Assembly (NCBI GenBank): GCA_021163155.1
Contig: JAGGXI010000085.1
Location: 1 to 52,606, forward strand
Reading direction: 5' to 3'
DNA: 52,606 nucleotides
Source of the DNA: Candidatus Aerophobota bacterium
GTDB lineage: Bacteria > Aerophobota > Aerophobia > Aerophobales > JAGGXI01
Shown here: piece after piece, positions 34,660 to 44,829 of the stretch
How the letters are laid out: every line of letters begins with the position of its first letter
Position numbering within the stretch: position 1 is the stretch's first letter
Notes under the pieces: model-generated
Told to the model about the DNA's origin: nothing
Seen by the model: the letters and a program-made list of their open reading frames with translations, nothing else
Databases searched by the model: none
Translations under genes and position numbers: made by a program

Positions 34660-34990
34660 CCCCTCTAATCCTGTTTTTTCACTCCTGCTTTTACGCAGGC
34701 TCTGAGCCTCGCGGCTACCAGTTTACTTCTCACTGTTTTGTTTTCCCTTTAATCCTTTAATCCTTTAATCCTTTAATCCTGTTTTTTTGCCTTTGTTTTC
34801 TCTTTATTTTCTTGTTTTTCCCTCTAATCCTCTAATCCTTTAATCCTTTAATCCTGTTTTTTCACTCCTGCTTTTTCACTCCTGCTTTTACGCAGGCTCT
34901 GAGCCTCGCGGCTACCAGTTTACTTCTCACTGTTTTGTTTTCCCTTTAATCCTTTAATCCTTTAATCCTTTAATCCTTTAATCCTGTTTT
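34660..34990. repeat. composite repeat block: a ~130-170-bp unit duplicated in tandem, each copy holding an R1 hairpin flanked by (TAATCCTT)n arrays
   Basis: CCCTCTAATCCTG-TTTTTTCACTCCTGCTTTTACGCAGGCTCTGAGCCTCGCGGCTACCAGTTTACTTCTCACTGTTTTGTTTTCCC-(TTTAATCC)n occurs at 34660-34787 and again at 34820-34990. The last copy encodes the RadA C-terminus and stop. Confidence 0.85.
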
Positions 34991-36331
34991 TATCGCCTCT
35001 CTAACATTCCTTATTCCCGTTATCTTCATTTTGGAAAAATTCTTTATCTTTCTTAAAGATGACTGGGGAACAAGACTTTGAGTAAATCCCAGTTTAGCTG
35101 CTTCTTTTAACTTTCTTTCAATAAATCCCACCGCATGCATTTCTCCCCCCAAACCTATCTCTCCTATGGCTACAGCCTTTTTTAGAAAAGGCTTATTATT
35201 AAGACTTGAAGCAATAGATAAAGCTATTCCTAAATCACAGGAAGGTTCGCTCACTTTCATTCCCCCAGCTACATTTATGTAGACATCTTGATTGTAAAGA
35301 TGTAATCCCGCTCTTTTTTCAAGCACAGCCAGGAGCAGGCAAAGCCTGTTGTAGCTTATTCCTTGAGATATCCTGCGAGGAATGGGTAAATTTGAATTAG
35401 TTACCAGAGCCTGAATTTCTACTAAAAAAGAACGACTTCCCTCCATTGCGGGGACTATAATCCTACCTGGCAGATTTTCTTCTGGATAATAATCACTTAA
35501 AAATAGTTCTGAAGGATTGACAACCTCCTTTAATCCATCCTCTTCCATCTTAAATACTCCAATTTCTGAAGATGCTCCAAATCTATTTTTTACTGCTCGT
35601 AATATTCTATATTGATAACTCTTCTCTGATTCAAAATAGAGAACAGTGTCCACAATATGCTCTAATACTTTGGGACCAGCAATAGCTCCTTCTTTAGTAA
35701 CATGGCCTATTAAAAATATGGCTGTTTTTTCTTGTTTAGCTAATCTCATAAGATAGGTAGCAGATTCTCTTATCTGAGAGACAGAACCAGGGGAAGAAGT
35801 ATAGTCTTCTGTGAACATAGTTTGTATAGAATCTATAATTGCTACACCGGGTTTCAAATTATCAATCTGTTGAGCGATTGTCTCTATCTTAGTCTCAGAT
35901 GAGAGATAGAGATATGGGGAGTTTATTCCCAGGCGTGAAGCTCGCAATTTTGTTTGTTCTAATGATTCTTCTCCTGAGATATAAAGGACAGAAAAATTTG
36001 AAGAGCTCAATTTATCTCCCACTTCAAGTAAAAGCGTAGATTTTCCTATACCTGGTTCTCCTCCAATTAGTACAAGAGAGCCGGGAACCACCCCTCCTCC
36101 TAATATACGGTCAAATTCTTTTATATGAGTAGGATATCTTTTGCAGGCAGACTCCCCGATTTCAGTGATAGATTTAGGAATAGTTAAGGAAGAATCCATA
36201 GAAATATTCTTTTCTTTAATTCTTTCTTCTAAGAAACTATCCCATCTGCCGCATTCAGGACAGCGTCCTAACCATTTAAAGGATGAATAACCACAATTCT
36301 GACAGACAAATCTAATTTTTTCTTTTCCCAT
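34970..36331 (-). CDS. radA: DNA repair protein RadA/Sms
   Basis: 453 aa. Zn ribbon CQNCGY..CPECG, Walker A GEPGIGKST, KNRFG, and a Lon-like C-terminal domain. Confidence 0.95.
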   Translation of the reverse strand: MGKEKIRFVCQNCGYSSFKWLGRCPECGRWDSFLEERIKEKNISMDSSLTIPKSITEIGESACKRYPTHIKEFDRILGGGVVPGSLVLIGGEPGIGKSTLLLEVGDKLSSSNFSVLYISGEESLEQTKLRASRLGINSPYLYLSSETKIETIAQQIDNLKPGVAIIDSIQTMFTEDYTSSPGSVSQIRESATYLMRLAKQEKTAIFLIGHVTKEGAIAGPKVLEHIVDTVLYFESEKSYQYRILRAVKNRFGASSEIGVFKMEEDGLKEVVNPSELFLSDYYPEENLPGRIIVPAMEGSRSFLVEIQALVTNSNLPIPRRISQGISYNRLCLLLAVLEKRAGLHLYNQDVYINVAGGMKVSEPSCDLGIALSIASSLNNKPFLKKAVAIGEIGLGGEMHAVGFIERKLKEAAKLGFTQSLVPQSSLRKIKNFSKMKITGIRNVREAIKTGLKD

Positions 36332-36627
36332 AGTGGTCTCTGATTTGAGGCGATTTAAGAACTCCTCTTCTTGTATTTTTAATCTATTTCAACCCACTTA
36401 TAGTTGTAATATTTATAGACAAATATTACTTTTGCCTACCTCAGGGACCAATAACCTCCTGAGTTTACACCATTCAACCTCAATATTTTGAGGTGTAGGG
36501 CTTAAATTAGCCTACACGGTAGGCTATAAATGGTTATATTTGCCAATAGTTATGGTAAAGTTTTATTATACGTAGGAGCGACTTTAGCCGTCATTTGCGT
36601 AGGGAATGATCGCGACCGTTCCCTGCT

Positions 36628-36664
36628 AAATCGGTGTAATCATTTTAAGAATCTGTGTAATCAG
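36628..36664. repeat. second copy of repeat family R4
   Basis: AAATCGGTGTAATCATTTTAAGAATCTGTGTAATCAG. See 13665-13702. Confidence 0.7.
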
Positions 36665-36667
36665 AGT

Positions 36668-37660
36668 CTATTTTAATAGTTCTATGCTTTGCAAAGCTCT
36701 TCCTGCCCCAATAACTACACAGGTTGAAGGGTCATCAGCTAAGCAAGTGGTAATACTCGTTGTCTTTTCAATTAAACGGTCAAAATTTTTCAATAAGCTC
36801 CCGCCCCCTGTCATTACAATCCCTTTATTAATTATATCTGCTGCTAATTCAGGAGGTGTCTTTTCTAAAACTATTTTTACACCTTCTGTAATTGAAGATA
36901 AAGACTCAGATAAAGTTTTGCATATCTCTTCTGCTCTTATTTTTATTTTACGAGGCAGCCCGCTTACCAGGTCCCTTCCCTTTACCTCCATCTCCTCATT
37001 TTCAGAAGGAAAAATAGCATAACCTATTTTTTGTTTTATAGACTCAGCAGTATTGTCGCCTATAGCTAAATTGTAACATTTCCTCATATACCTTTGAATG
37101 GCTTCATCAAACTCATTACTTCCTACACGGAGAGATTCTCCTACTACAATTTTTCCTAATGAGAGAACAGCAATATCAGTTGTCCCTCCTCCTACATCTA
37201 TAATCATATTCCCTTCAGGTATTGCGATATCTATATTTGCTCCTATTGCTGCTGCTTTAGGCTCCTCGATAAGGAAAACTTTTTTACATCCAATTCGCAA
37301 AGCACATCTTTTAATAGCTCTTCTTTCTACAGAAGTTGCTGTTGTGGGAACGCATATCATAAGATAAGGTGGAAAAAAGGTCCATCTTCCATAAATTTTA
37401 TTAATATAAAATTTAAGCATACTTTCTATAATATCATAATCAGCAATTACCCCATCCTTCATGGGTTTCACAGCAACGATGCTGGACGGTGTCTTGCCCA
37501 GCATTTTTTTAGCCTCTTCTCCAATGGCTAAGACTTTATTGTTCTCCTTGTTTATAGATACTACAGAAGGTTCATTAAATACAACTCCTTTTCCTTCAAC
37601 ATAAACTAATATGGTTGTTGTTCCTAAATCTATTCCTACTTTCTTAGATACAGAAAACAT
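36668..37660 (-). CDS. mreB: rod-shape-determining actin homologue MreB
   Basis: 330 aa. GIDLGTTTILVY, PMKDGVIADYD, IIDVGGGTTDIAV and VMTGGGSLL. Confidence 0.9.
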   Translation of the reverse strand: MFSVSKKVGIDLGTTTILVYVEGKGVVFNEPSVVSINKENNKVLAIGEEAKKMLGKTPSSIVAVKPMKDGVIADYDIIESMLKFYINKIYGRWTFFPPYLMICVPTTATSVERRAIKRCALRIGCKKVFLIEEPKAAAIGANIDIAIPEGNMIIDVGGGTTDIAVLSLGKIVVGESLRVGSNEFDEAIQRYMRKCYNLAIGDNTAESIKQKIGYAIFPSENEEMEVKGRDLVSGLPRKIKIRAEEICKTLSESLSSITEGVKIVLEKTPPELAADIINKGIVMTGGGSLLKNFDRLIEKTTSITTCLADDPSTCVVIGAGRALQSIELLK

Positions 37661-37661
37661 T

Positions 37662-38918
37662 TTATTCTTTCATCCTGAAAATATTTGCTCCCAATTTAGA
37701 TAATCTCTCTTCAATTCTTTCATGACCTCTGTCGATATGGTAAATATTATGAACTTCGGTTACTCCTTTAGCAGCTAATCCAGCTAAAATAAGGGCTGTT
37801 CCTCCTCTTATATCAGAAGCTACAATAGAGGTTCCTTGCAAGAAAGAAGCTCCTTTTATTAGGACTACATCTTTTTTTCTTTCAATATCTGCTCCCATTT
37901 TCCGCAACTCAGAGATATGAGTAAATCTATTCTTAAAGATAGTTTCTACGATTACACTAACTCCTTGAGCTAAACAAGCAAGAGTAGTTATTTGAGGTTG
38001 AATGTCCGTAGGAAAACCAGGATATGGAAGAGTCTTTATTTTTATTGGTTTCCATACGTTCTCTTTTTTAATCTTTACCTCATTATCGCTAACTTCTATA
38101 TTTACACCCATCTCTCTTAATTTTGCAAGAGGCGTTTTTAAGTGATCTGCACGAATTCCTTCTATTGTTACCTCTCCTCTGGTTATAATGCCTGCTATTA
38201 TAAAAGTTCCCGCTTCTATACGATCAGGAATTATAGAGTAAATTACCGGATAGAGCTCTTTTACCCCTTCAACTTTAATTAATTTATCCCCTATCCTTTC
38301 TATCTTTGCTCCCATTTTTTTTAAAAAATTAATTAAATCAATCACTTCTGGAGAACAAGAAGCATTGTTAATCAAGGTTATTCCTTTCGCTAAGGATGCA
38401 GCAAGTAGTAAATTTTCCGTAGCACCTACACTGGGAAGATTTAAAGAGATATTATTTCCTTTAAGTCCTTTTTTAGCGTGAGCCTCAATATATCCGTTCT
38501 TTGTCTCTATTTCAGCTCCTAATTTTTTCAACCCTTCAAGGTGTAAATTTACCGGCCTTGTGCCTATATTGCAACCTCCAGGAAGAGGAACTCGAACATA
38601 TCCAAAACGAGCCAACATTGGGCCTAATATTAAAATGGAAGCTCTCAGCCTTTTAGCTAAATCGTAAGGAGCTTCATGGCAGGAAAGTTTTTCTGTGTTA
38701 ATCTCTAAAACAGCATCTTCCCTTTTTACCTCGGCTCCCAATTTTTCTAATACTTCTGCCATAGCTGTAATATCTGTTAGACGAGGAATATTTTTGAGTC
38801 GAGAACTTCCTTTTGTTAATAGGCACCCAGCCATTAAAGGAAGAGCTGAATTTTTTGCTCCCTGCACTCGAATCTTTCCTTTTAGAGGAACTCCTCCCTG
38901 AATAATAAATTTTTCCAC
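37662..38918 (-). CDS. murA: UDP-N-acetylglucosamine 1-carboxyvinyltransferase
   Basis: 418 aa. GAKNSALPLMA, the active-site loop PGGCNIGTRPVNLH, and FPTDIQ. Confidence 0.95.
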   Translation of the reverse strand: MEKFIIQGGVPLKGKIRVQGAKNSALPLMAGCLLTKGSSRLKNIPRLTDITAMAEVLEKLGAEVKREDAVLEINTEKLSCHEAPYDLAKRLRASILILGPMLARFGYVRVPLPGGCNIGTRPVNLHLEGLKKLGAEIETKNGYIEAHAKKGLKGNNISLNLPSVGATENLLLAASLAKGITLINNASCSPEVIDLINFLKKMGAKIERIGDKLIKVEGVKELYPVIYSIIPDRIEAGTFIIAGIITRGEVTIEGIRADHLKTPLAKLREMGVNIEVSDNEVKIKKENVWKPIKIKTLPYPGFPTDIQPQITTLACLAQGVSVIVETIFKNRFTHISELRKMGADIERKKDVVLIKGASFLQGTSIVASDIRGGTALILAGLAAKGVTEVHNIYHIDRGHERIEERLSKLGANIFRMKE

Positions 38919-38927
38919 TTTCTCCCC

Positions 38928-39866
38928 TTATTTTGCGATAATTCTTATCTCTGCTTTAGATTTTACCTCTTTTAGCCACCTCTTTAAATGTTCTTTGATT
39001 TTCTCTCTTTTTAGATAATCTTCTATTCTCTTTTCCCATTCGGCAAAAAGAAGTTTTTTTGTTCCTTTTAATTGAATAATTCGATAAGAATCCCCCCTTT
39101 CTTTTATAATTTTTATTCCTCCATTTTTTAAAGAGAGCATCTCCTCTCTTAAGTCGGGTTTTATATCTCTAAGACTAAGCCAAATGCCTTCTTCATTTCT
39201 TTCACTTAAGGAAGAGAGAGTGTCCTTTAACTGATTTTCACTCTTTACTATAATCTGGACTATTTTAACCTTTTCTGTTTTCTCTAACTCATCTTGATAT
39301 TCTTGATAAAAGTCTTCGATTCCTTTTTTATCTCCTTCTCCCTGTAAATACTGTTTTAATTTAAAGTAAAAAATTTTTATATCTTCTTTCTTTATATTTA
39401 TATTTTTTTCTATCTCTTTTTTATGGCGAGAGAGCACTCCATTTGAGAGAACTATATTCCCCCATACTCTTTTAATCTCATCTACAGATATATGTTTTTT
39501 AATCTCTTTAAATTCCTCTTCTGAAAATCGTCTTTTAAAGTCAGAGAAAATTTTCTCTTTTATATCAGAGGTTAAAGTTAATCCTTCCTTTTCTGCTTCC
39601 TGTAGAAGTAAATTCTCTTCTATCATCTGTTCTAAAGCTATCCTTCTTAAATTCTCTTTATTCTTTAGTTCCCATTCGCTTTTTCTAAGGAATATTTCGT
39701 TTTCCAGTTCTTTTTCCGTGATAATTTTTCCATTAACCGAGGCTATAACCTTATCTATAATTTCTTCAGAATTACCCATAATGAAAGTTATGCCTATTAA
39801 AAGAGAGCTAACTATCCCTATTGTTACTATCTTCTGCTTTATTTTCATAATTGAACCTATATTCAA
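38928..39866 (-). CDS. SurA/PrsA-like periplasmic chaperone with a degenerate parvulin domain
   Basis: 312 aa. Signal/TM segment, then a SurA_N-like VIASVNGKIITEKELENEI. The C-terminal part only weakly resembles a rotamase domain. Confidence 0.55.
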   Translation of the reverse strand: MNIGSIMKIKQKIVTIGIVSSLLIGITFIMGNSEEIIDKVIASVNGKIITEKELENEIFLRKSEWELKNKENLRRIALEQMIEENLLLQEAEKEGLTLTSDIKEKIFSDFKRRFSEEEFKEIKKHISVDEIKRVWGNIVLSNGVLSRHKKEIEKNINIKKEDIKIFYFKLKQYLQGEGDKKGIEDFYQEYQDELEKTEKVKIVQIIVKSENQLKDTLSSLSERNEEGIWLSLRDIKPDLREEMLSLKNGGIKIIKERGDSYRIIQLKGTKKLLFAEWEKRIEDYLKREKIKEHLKRWLKEVKSKAEIRIIAK

Positions 39867-39898
39867 CGATTTGGGTCCTGTGCGTTGAGGTTGTCCTT

Positions 39899-39990
39899 TC
39901 TTAGTGAATAGTGAGTGGTAAATGGTGAGTAGAAAAATATTGAGTTCAGCCTCTTTTTGCTATTCACTGTTCACTTTTTGCTATTCACTG
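39899..39990. repeat. short-unit repeats (GTGAATAG/GTAAATGG) plus a direct repeat CTTTTTGCTATTCACTGT x2 that is the inverted complement of the first part
   Basis: TAGTGAATAGTGAGTGGTAAATGGTGAGTAG ... GCTATTCACTGTTCACTTTTTGCTATTCACTGTC. Can form a long hairpin immediately downstream of the mfd stop. Confidence 0.65.
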
Positions 39991-39991
39991 T

Positions 39992-42900
39992 CTATAATAC
40001 TACATTTTTTAACTTTTGTAAAACTCTTCTTAAAGAGATAAATAATTCCCTTCCTTCTCCTTGTTTAAGAATAATTAGATTTCTTTCATCAAAAGGTAAA
40101 GGTTGCACTTCAGGCCAAAGGCTTTTTTTTATTTTTTCCCGTCTATCTCTTGTGAGAGGATTAAATGAGGAAAAATTAGCCCAAATTTTAGAACCATCAC
40201 TTCTTAAGGAAGTGATACCTAAACTTTTTACTATAATTTTTATGTTTAGTAGTTCAACTAAATTGTTGACTTCTTCAGGCAGAGGCCCATAGCAATCACG
40301 CATTCTTTCCTTAAATTTTAAAATCTCTTCTTCGTTTTTTATTTCTCCTATTGTTCGATAGAGCTCAAATCTTTGCTCTTCATAGGGAACATAGGAAGAA
40401 GGAATCCTGGCTTCTATCCCCAAATTCAAATTTACAGGGAAGGATGGATGTATCTTCTCTCCTTTTAATTTTTTAATCTCTTCAGATAAAAGTTGTGAAT
40501 AAAGAGTAAATCCTACAGCTACTATATGACCATGCTGCTCTTTCCCAAGGAGGTTCCCTGCTCCTCTCATTTCAAGGTCCTGCATAGCTATATGAAACCC
40601 AGAACCTGCTTCCTTGAATTGACTGATAATCTCTAACCTTTTTTTAGCTTCTTCAGTAAGCACTTTTGCTGGGTTGAATAGAAAATAAGCGTATCCTTTT
40701 AGTTTGCCTCTGCCTACTCTTCCTCTTAATTGATAAAGTTCAGCTAAACCAAATTGTTCTGCATTTTCTACAATAAGGGTATTGACATTAGGCATATCAA
40801 TGCCTGATTCAATGATGGTAGTGCAAACTAATATATCGAACTTTTTTTCTAAAAAATCTCTGGTAACCTTTTCCAGTTGTTTTGTGGGCATCCTTCCGTG
40901 AGAGATAGCTATAGAGGCCTCAGGGATTAATGTTCTTATTTTTTCAGCAATTTTGTAAATATTATTTATTCTGTTATAAAGATAGAAGACTTGACCATGA
41001 CGTTCCAATTCTTTGTATATTGCCTCTTTTATTAATTCATCATCGTATTCCCTGACCAAGATTCCTATATTTTTTCTCTCTTGCGGTGGAGTAAGCATCA
41101 TACTTACCGGTCTTATACCCATCAGAGACATATAAAGGGAACGGGGAATAGGGGTAGCGCTAAGGGTTAATACATCTACCGATTTTTTAAATTCTCTTAG
41201 TCTCTTTTTATGAAGAACACCAAATTTTTGTTCCTCATCAATGATTATTAGCCCTAAATCCTTGAAATTTATATCTTTTTGGATTAATCTATGTGTCCCA
41301 ATTACGATATCTACTTTCCCCTTCTTTAGATTCTCAATAATTTCCTTCTGTTTTAGAGGAGTTTGAAAACGTGAAAGCATCTCTATATTTATAGGATAAG
41401 CGGCCATTCTTTCGGTAAAAGTCCGATAATGCTGTTCCACAAGAATAGTAGTAGGAGCAAGAATAGCCACCTGTTTATTATCCATTACTGCTTTAAAAGA
41501 TGCTCGTAGAGCCACTTCTGTTTTTCCATATCCAGCATCTCCACAAAGGAGTCTATCCATAGGATGAGGATCTTCCATATCCCGCTTTATTTCCTGGATA
41601 GACTTTAGCTGGTCTGATGTCTCCATATAAGGAAAAGAGGCTTCAAATTTTAGTTGCCAGCTTGTATCAAGAGAAAAAGAATGTCCAGAAACCACTTTTC
41701 GGGCAGAGTAAAGCTTTAGAAGAGAAGAAGCAATTTCTTGGACTGCTTTTTTTATCCCTTGCTTAGTTTGACGCCATCGCCCTCCCTCTAAGCTATAAAT
41801 AGGAGGAGGAGAGTTAGAGTCTCCCATATATTTATGAAGACGGTCTAATTGATCTATAGGAACATAAAGACGATCAGACCCTTTGTAATTAATTTGGAAA
41901 TAATCACATTTTTTTTCTTCTACTTTTAATGTCTTAATTCCGTTAAATTTTCCTATTCCATAATCGATGTGCACTACATAATCACCCTTTTGAAGTTCTC
42001 CCCATTTTTTTATCTTCTTCTCTTCCGGATAAGTCCATCTTTTTCTTCTCTCCTTGTATCGTTTAAAAATATCTTCATCAGTAATAAAAATCTGTTTTGT
42101 TTCTTTAATAATAAATCCTTCTCTTATATCTCCTAAAGTAATAACAGGAGAAGGAAAATCCTTAAGTATAGAGAAGTTTCCCAATAAAGGTATTTTTATT
42201 CCTTCTTCTTCAAATAATTCCTTTAGTCTTTCTCCTTGTCCTTGATTGGAGGTTAATAGAACAATTTTATATCCTACAGCTACCCATTTTTTAATATCTT
42301 GAGCTAATAATTCAAAATGTCCTTGATAAGAGGGTATAGAAGAACAGGATAAAGAAAGAATGCGTTGCGGTCTCATCCATGAAGTTTTTTGAAAAAGTGT
42401 AGAAAGATAAAGATGAGGTCTCTTCAAAAGAGAATTAAATTCTTCAATCTCTGTGCCTTTCCAGTTTTTTATCTCATTATCGATGTTTTTTGGTTCATTG
42501 AAAATGATAATTGTAGATGAGGGAAGAATTTGAGATAAAAGAAAGGGTTTTTCTTCTTCATTAATTAAAAGTTTATCGTCGCGAGAAGATAAAATAACCT
42601 CGTCTCTTTTTTTAATAGAATATTGGCTTAATGGGTCAAACTCACGAATAGATTCTATTCTTTCTCCAAAGAGTTCAATTCTTATAGGATGAGGATAAAA
42701 AAATGAATAAAAATCTATAATTCCTCCTCTGTAAGAATAATCTCCTTGCTCTTCAACTAAGGGAGAAAAAGTGTATCCCTTTTTTACCAACTGTTGAAGT
42801 AAAGCATCTCGAGAAATTATCTGATGATTGGAGAGAAGAAAGGAACTCTTATCTAAAATAGAAGGGGAGGGTATTCTTTGACGAAGAGCATTAATAGAAG

Positions 42901-43210
42901 TTACTATTAAGATATTATCTTTCTTACTATTTAATTGACGTAGAAGAACAAGACGTTTTCCTTCTTTATCTTTTTCTCTTAAGGGGAAAAGATAAATATT
43001 TTTATCTTTTGGCAAAAAAGTATTTAAATCTTGTTGAATATCTTCTGCCTCATCCTGAGTGGAAGTAATAAATAATAAAAAATTCCCCTTCTTTCTTAAT
43101 AAAGCTACCTCAAATACTGCAACCTCTTTTGTTAACCCATATACCCAGAGAGATAAATTCTTTTCTCCCGGTTGTTTCCCAAAAAAGACATTAAATTTAT
43201 TTTTTAACAC
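39992..43210 (-). CDS. mfd: transcription-repair coupling factor
   Basis: 1072 aa. UvrB-homology N-terminus, RNAP-interaction domain, superfamily-2 translocase motifs GDAGYGKTEVA and IIDEEQKFG, and a TRG/CarD-like region. Confidence 0.95.
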   Translation of the reverse strand: MLKNKFNVFFGKQPGEKNLSLWVYGLTKEVAVFEVALLRKKGNFLLFITSTQDEAEDIQQDLNTFLPKDKNIYLFPLREKDKEGKRLVLLRQLNSKKDNILIVTSINALRQRIPSPSILDKSSFLLSNHQIISRDALLQQLVKKGYTFSPLVEEQGDYSYRGGIIDFYSFFYPHPIRIELFGERIESIREFDPLSQYSIKKRDEVILSSRDDKLLINEEEKPFLLSQILPSSTIIIFNEPKNIDNEIKNWKGTEIEEFNSLLKRPHLYLSTLFQKTSWMRPQRILSLSCSSIPSYQGHFELLAQDIKKWVAVGYKIVLLTSNQGQGERLKELFEEEGIKIPLLGNFSILKDFPSPVITLGDIREGFIIKETKQIFITDEDIFKRYKERRKRWTYPEEKKIKKWGELQKGDYVVHIDYGIGKFNGIKTLKVEEKKCDYFQINYKGSDRLYVPIDQLDRLHKYMGDSNSPPPIYSLEGGRWRQTKQGIKKAVQEIASSLLKLYSARKVVSGHSFSLDTSWQLKFEASFPYMETSDQLKSIQEIKRDMEDPHPMDRLLCGDAGYGKTEVALRASFKAVMDNKQVAILAPTTILVEQHYRTFTERMAAYPINIEMLSRFQTPLKQKEIIENLKKGKVDIVIGTHRLIQKDINFKDLGLIIIDEEQKFGVLHKKRLREFKKSVDVLTLSATPIPRSLYMSLMGIRPVSMMLTPPQERKNIGILVREYDDELIKEAIYKELERHGQVFYLYNRINNIYKIAEKIRTLIPEASIAISHGRMPTKQLEKVTRDFLEKKFDILVCTTIIESGIDMPNVNTLIVENAEQFGLAELYQLRGRVGRGKLKGYAYFLFNPAKVLTEEAKKRLEIISQFKEAGSGFHIAMQDLEMRGAGNLLGKEQHGHIVAVGFTLYSQLLSEEIKKLKGEKIHPSFPVNLNLGIEARIPSSYVPYEEQRFELYRTIGEIKNEEEILKFKERMRDCYGPLPEEVNNLVELLNIKIIVKSLGITSLRSDGSKIWANFSSFNPLTRDRREKIKKSLWPEVQPLPFDERNLIILKQGEGRELFISLRRVLQKLKNVVL

Positions 43211-44273
43211 TTACAGTTTTTTTCTCTTTTAGCCCCCTCTGGAGAGATTGAACTAAATTATCCATATCTCCATTTAATATATTCTCTAAATTATGTAAAG
43301 TTAAATGAATACGATGGTCAGTTACTCTCCCTTGAGGAAAGTTATATGTTCTGATACGCTCTGCTCTTTCTCCTTTTCCAATTTGAGTTTTTCTTTGTTC
43401 AGAGATTTTCTTTTGTTGTTCAAACTCTTTATTTTGAAGGAGTTTAGCTCGCAAGAAACGCATAGCTTTAGCTTTATTTTGGTGTTGGGATCGCTCATCC
43501 TGACATTGAACTACAATTCCTGTAGGCTGATGGGTGATTCTTATTGCTGAATCGGTAACATTCACATGCTGGCCCCCTGCTCCTTGAGAATGAAATGTAT
43601 CTATCCGTAAATCTTCAGGATTCACTTCTACTTCTATTTCCTTTGGCTCAGGAAGAACAGCTACAGTAACAGTGGAGGTGTGAATTCGTCCGCTGGATTC
43701 AGTTATGGGAACTCTCTGTACTCGATGCACTCCACTTTCATGGCAAAGGTTTTTAAATACATCTTTTCCTTCCACAGCAAAGATAATTTCTCGAAAGCCC
43801 CCCCTCTCAGTAGGGCGAAGAGTAATATTTTCTGTTCTCCATTTCTTTTTCTCTCCAAAACGAATATACATTTTATAGAGATCCGCTGCAAACAAGGATG
43901 CTTCTTCACCTCCTGTTCCTGCTCTAATTTCCATAATTACATTCCTTTTAGAGTATTTGTCTTCTTCAGCAAAAGATTCTTCTAACTCTTTTTTTATCTT
44001 TTTTAGCTCTTCATTTAACCTGTTTTTTTCTTCTTTAGCTAACTCTTTAACCTCATCTTCTTCTTCTTCATCTTTAAGAATCTCGTCCATTTTTTTCATT
44101 TCTTCAGCGATTTCTTTATCTTTTCTCCAGAGAAAGACTATTTTTTCAAGTTTCTTATATTCTTTACTATATTTCTCTAGTAAATGAGTATTCTTGAGGG
44201 TTTCAGCCTGCAATAACAGATTTTTTAACTCTTTGTATCTGCTTTCTATTTTATCTAATTTTTCATTATCCAT
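43197..44273 (-). CDS. prfA: peptide chain release factor 1
   Basis: 358 aa. The GGQ motif is present as SQGAGGQHVN. The RF1-type PxT tripeptide is present as RVPITES. Confidence 0.95.
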   Translation of the reverse strand: MDNEKLDKIESRYKELKNLLLQAETLKNTHLLEKYSKEYKKLEKIVFLWRKDKEIAEEMKKMDEILKDEEEEDEVKELAKEEKNRLNEELKKIKKELEESFAEEDKYSKRNVIMEIRAGTGGEEASLFAADLYKMYIRFGEKKKWRTENITLRPTERGGFREIIFAVEGKDVFKNLCHESGVHRVQRVPITESSGRIHTSTVTVAVLPEPKEIEVEVNPEDLRIDTFHSQGAGGQHVNVTDSAIRITHQPTGIVVQCQDERSQHQNKAKAMRFLRAKLLQNKEFEQQKKISEQRKTQIGKGERAERIRTYNFPQGRVTDHRIHLTLHNLENILNGDMDNLVQSLQRGLKEKKTVSVKK

Positions 44274-44326
44274 AGCTTCTTTTTCCTTAATTAAATATAC
44301 ATTTATTTTTTACTTATGTCAATTGG

Positions 44327-44455
44327 AGAGTGAATGGGTAAATGAGTGAATGAGTTAAATGAGTGAATGAGTAAATGAGTAAATGGGTAAATGAGTGAAT
44401 GAGTGAATGAGTTAAGAAAATGAGGAAAATAAGTTAAATAAGAGAAATGAGGAAA
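44327..44455. repeat. tandem array of 8-nt units (GAGTGAAT / GAGTAAAT / GGGTAAAT ...)
   Basis: About 15 units lie in the divergent prfA/abrB-like intergenic region. They give rise to the low-complexity spurious ORF 44303..44509. Confidence 0.9.
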
Positions 44456-44565
44456 CACCAACACATAAAGAGAATCATCCCATTTCGTTGACTTCTTAAA
44501 AAATTTCATTACTATAAATAAAAGTAATACTGAAAAATAAAATAATGAGGAAGGGGGGGACTAAA

Positions 44566-44826
44566 ATGCCTCTCAAAACAGATGTAACAACTTTAACTAC
44601 AAAAGGACAGATAACCATCCCTAAAAAAATAAGGAAATACTTAGGGATAAAACCAAAAGACCGAATTAAGTTTGAAGTTAAAGAAGGGGTAGTTAAAATA
44701 AGGCCAGCTAAAGATTTGGATTTAAATTTTGGAAGAGTAAAGCCCCCAAAAAAACCCGAAGATTTCAAAAAGGTAAGAAAACTTTTTGAGGAAAAAGTAG
44801 GAGAAGAATTAGGTAAGAAGATTTAA
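44566..44826 (+). CDS. AbrB/MazE/SpoVT-family antitoxin (VapB-like)
   Basis: TTKGQITIPKKIRKYLGIKPKDRIKFEV is a SpoVT-AbrB swapped-hairpin motif. ATG 44566 follows AGGAAGGGGGGG, although the ORF is open from 44545. Confidence 0.8.
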   Translation: MPLKTDVTTLTTKGQITIPKKIRKYLGIKPKDRIKFEVKEGVVKIRPAKDLDLNFGRVKPPKKPEDFKKVRKLFEEKVGEELGKKI

Positions 44827-44829
44827 ATT

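Noticed and set aside
34660-34990. Possible CRISPR array (regularly spaced repeats), also considered at 15226-15361 and 44327-44455
   Set aside because: The units are only 7-9 nt and contiguous, with no unique spacers. The larger module is duplicated just twice. No cas genes or leader are present.
44303-44768. Minus-strand ORFs 44303..44509 and 44496..44768
   Set aside because: The first is a translation of the 8-nt tandem array (HSLIYPFTHLLIHSFNSFTH..). The second is antisense to the AbrB-type antitoxin gene.
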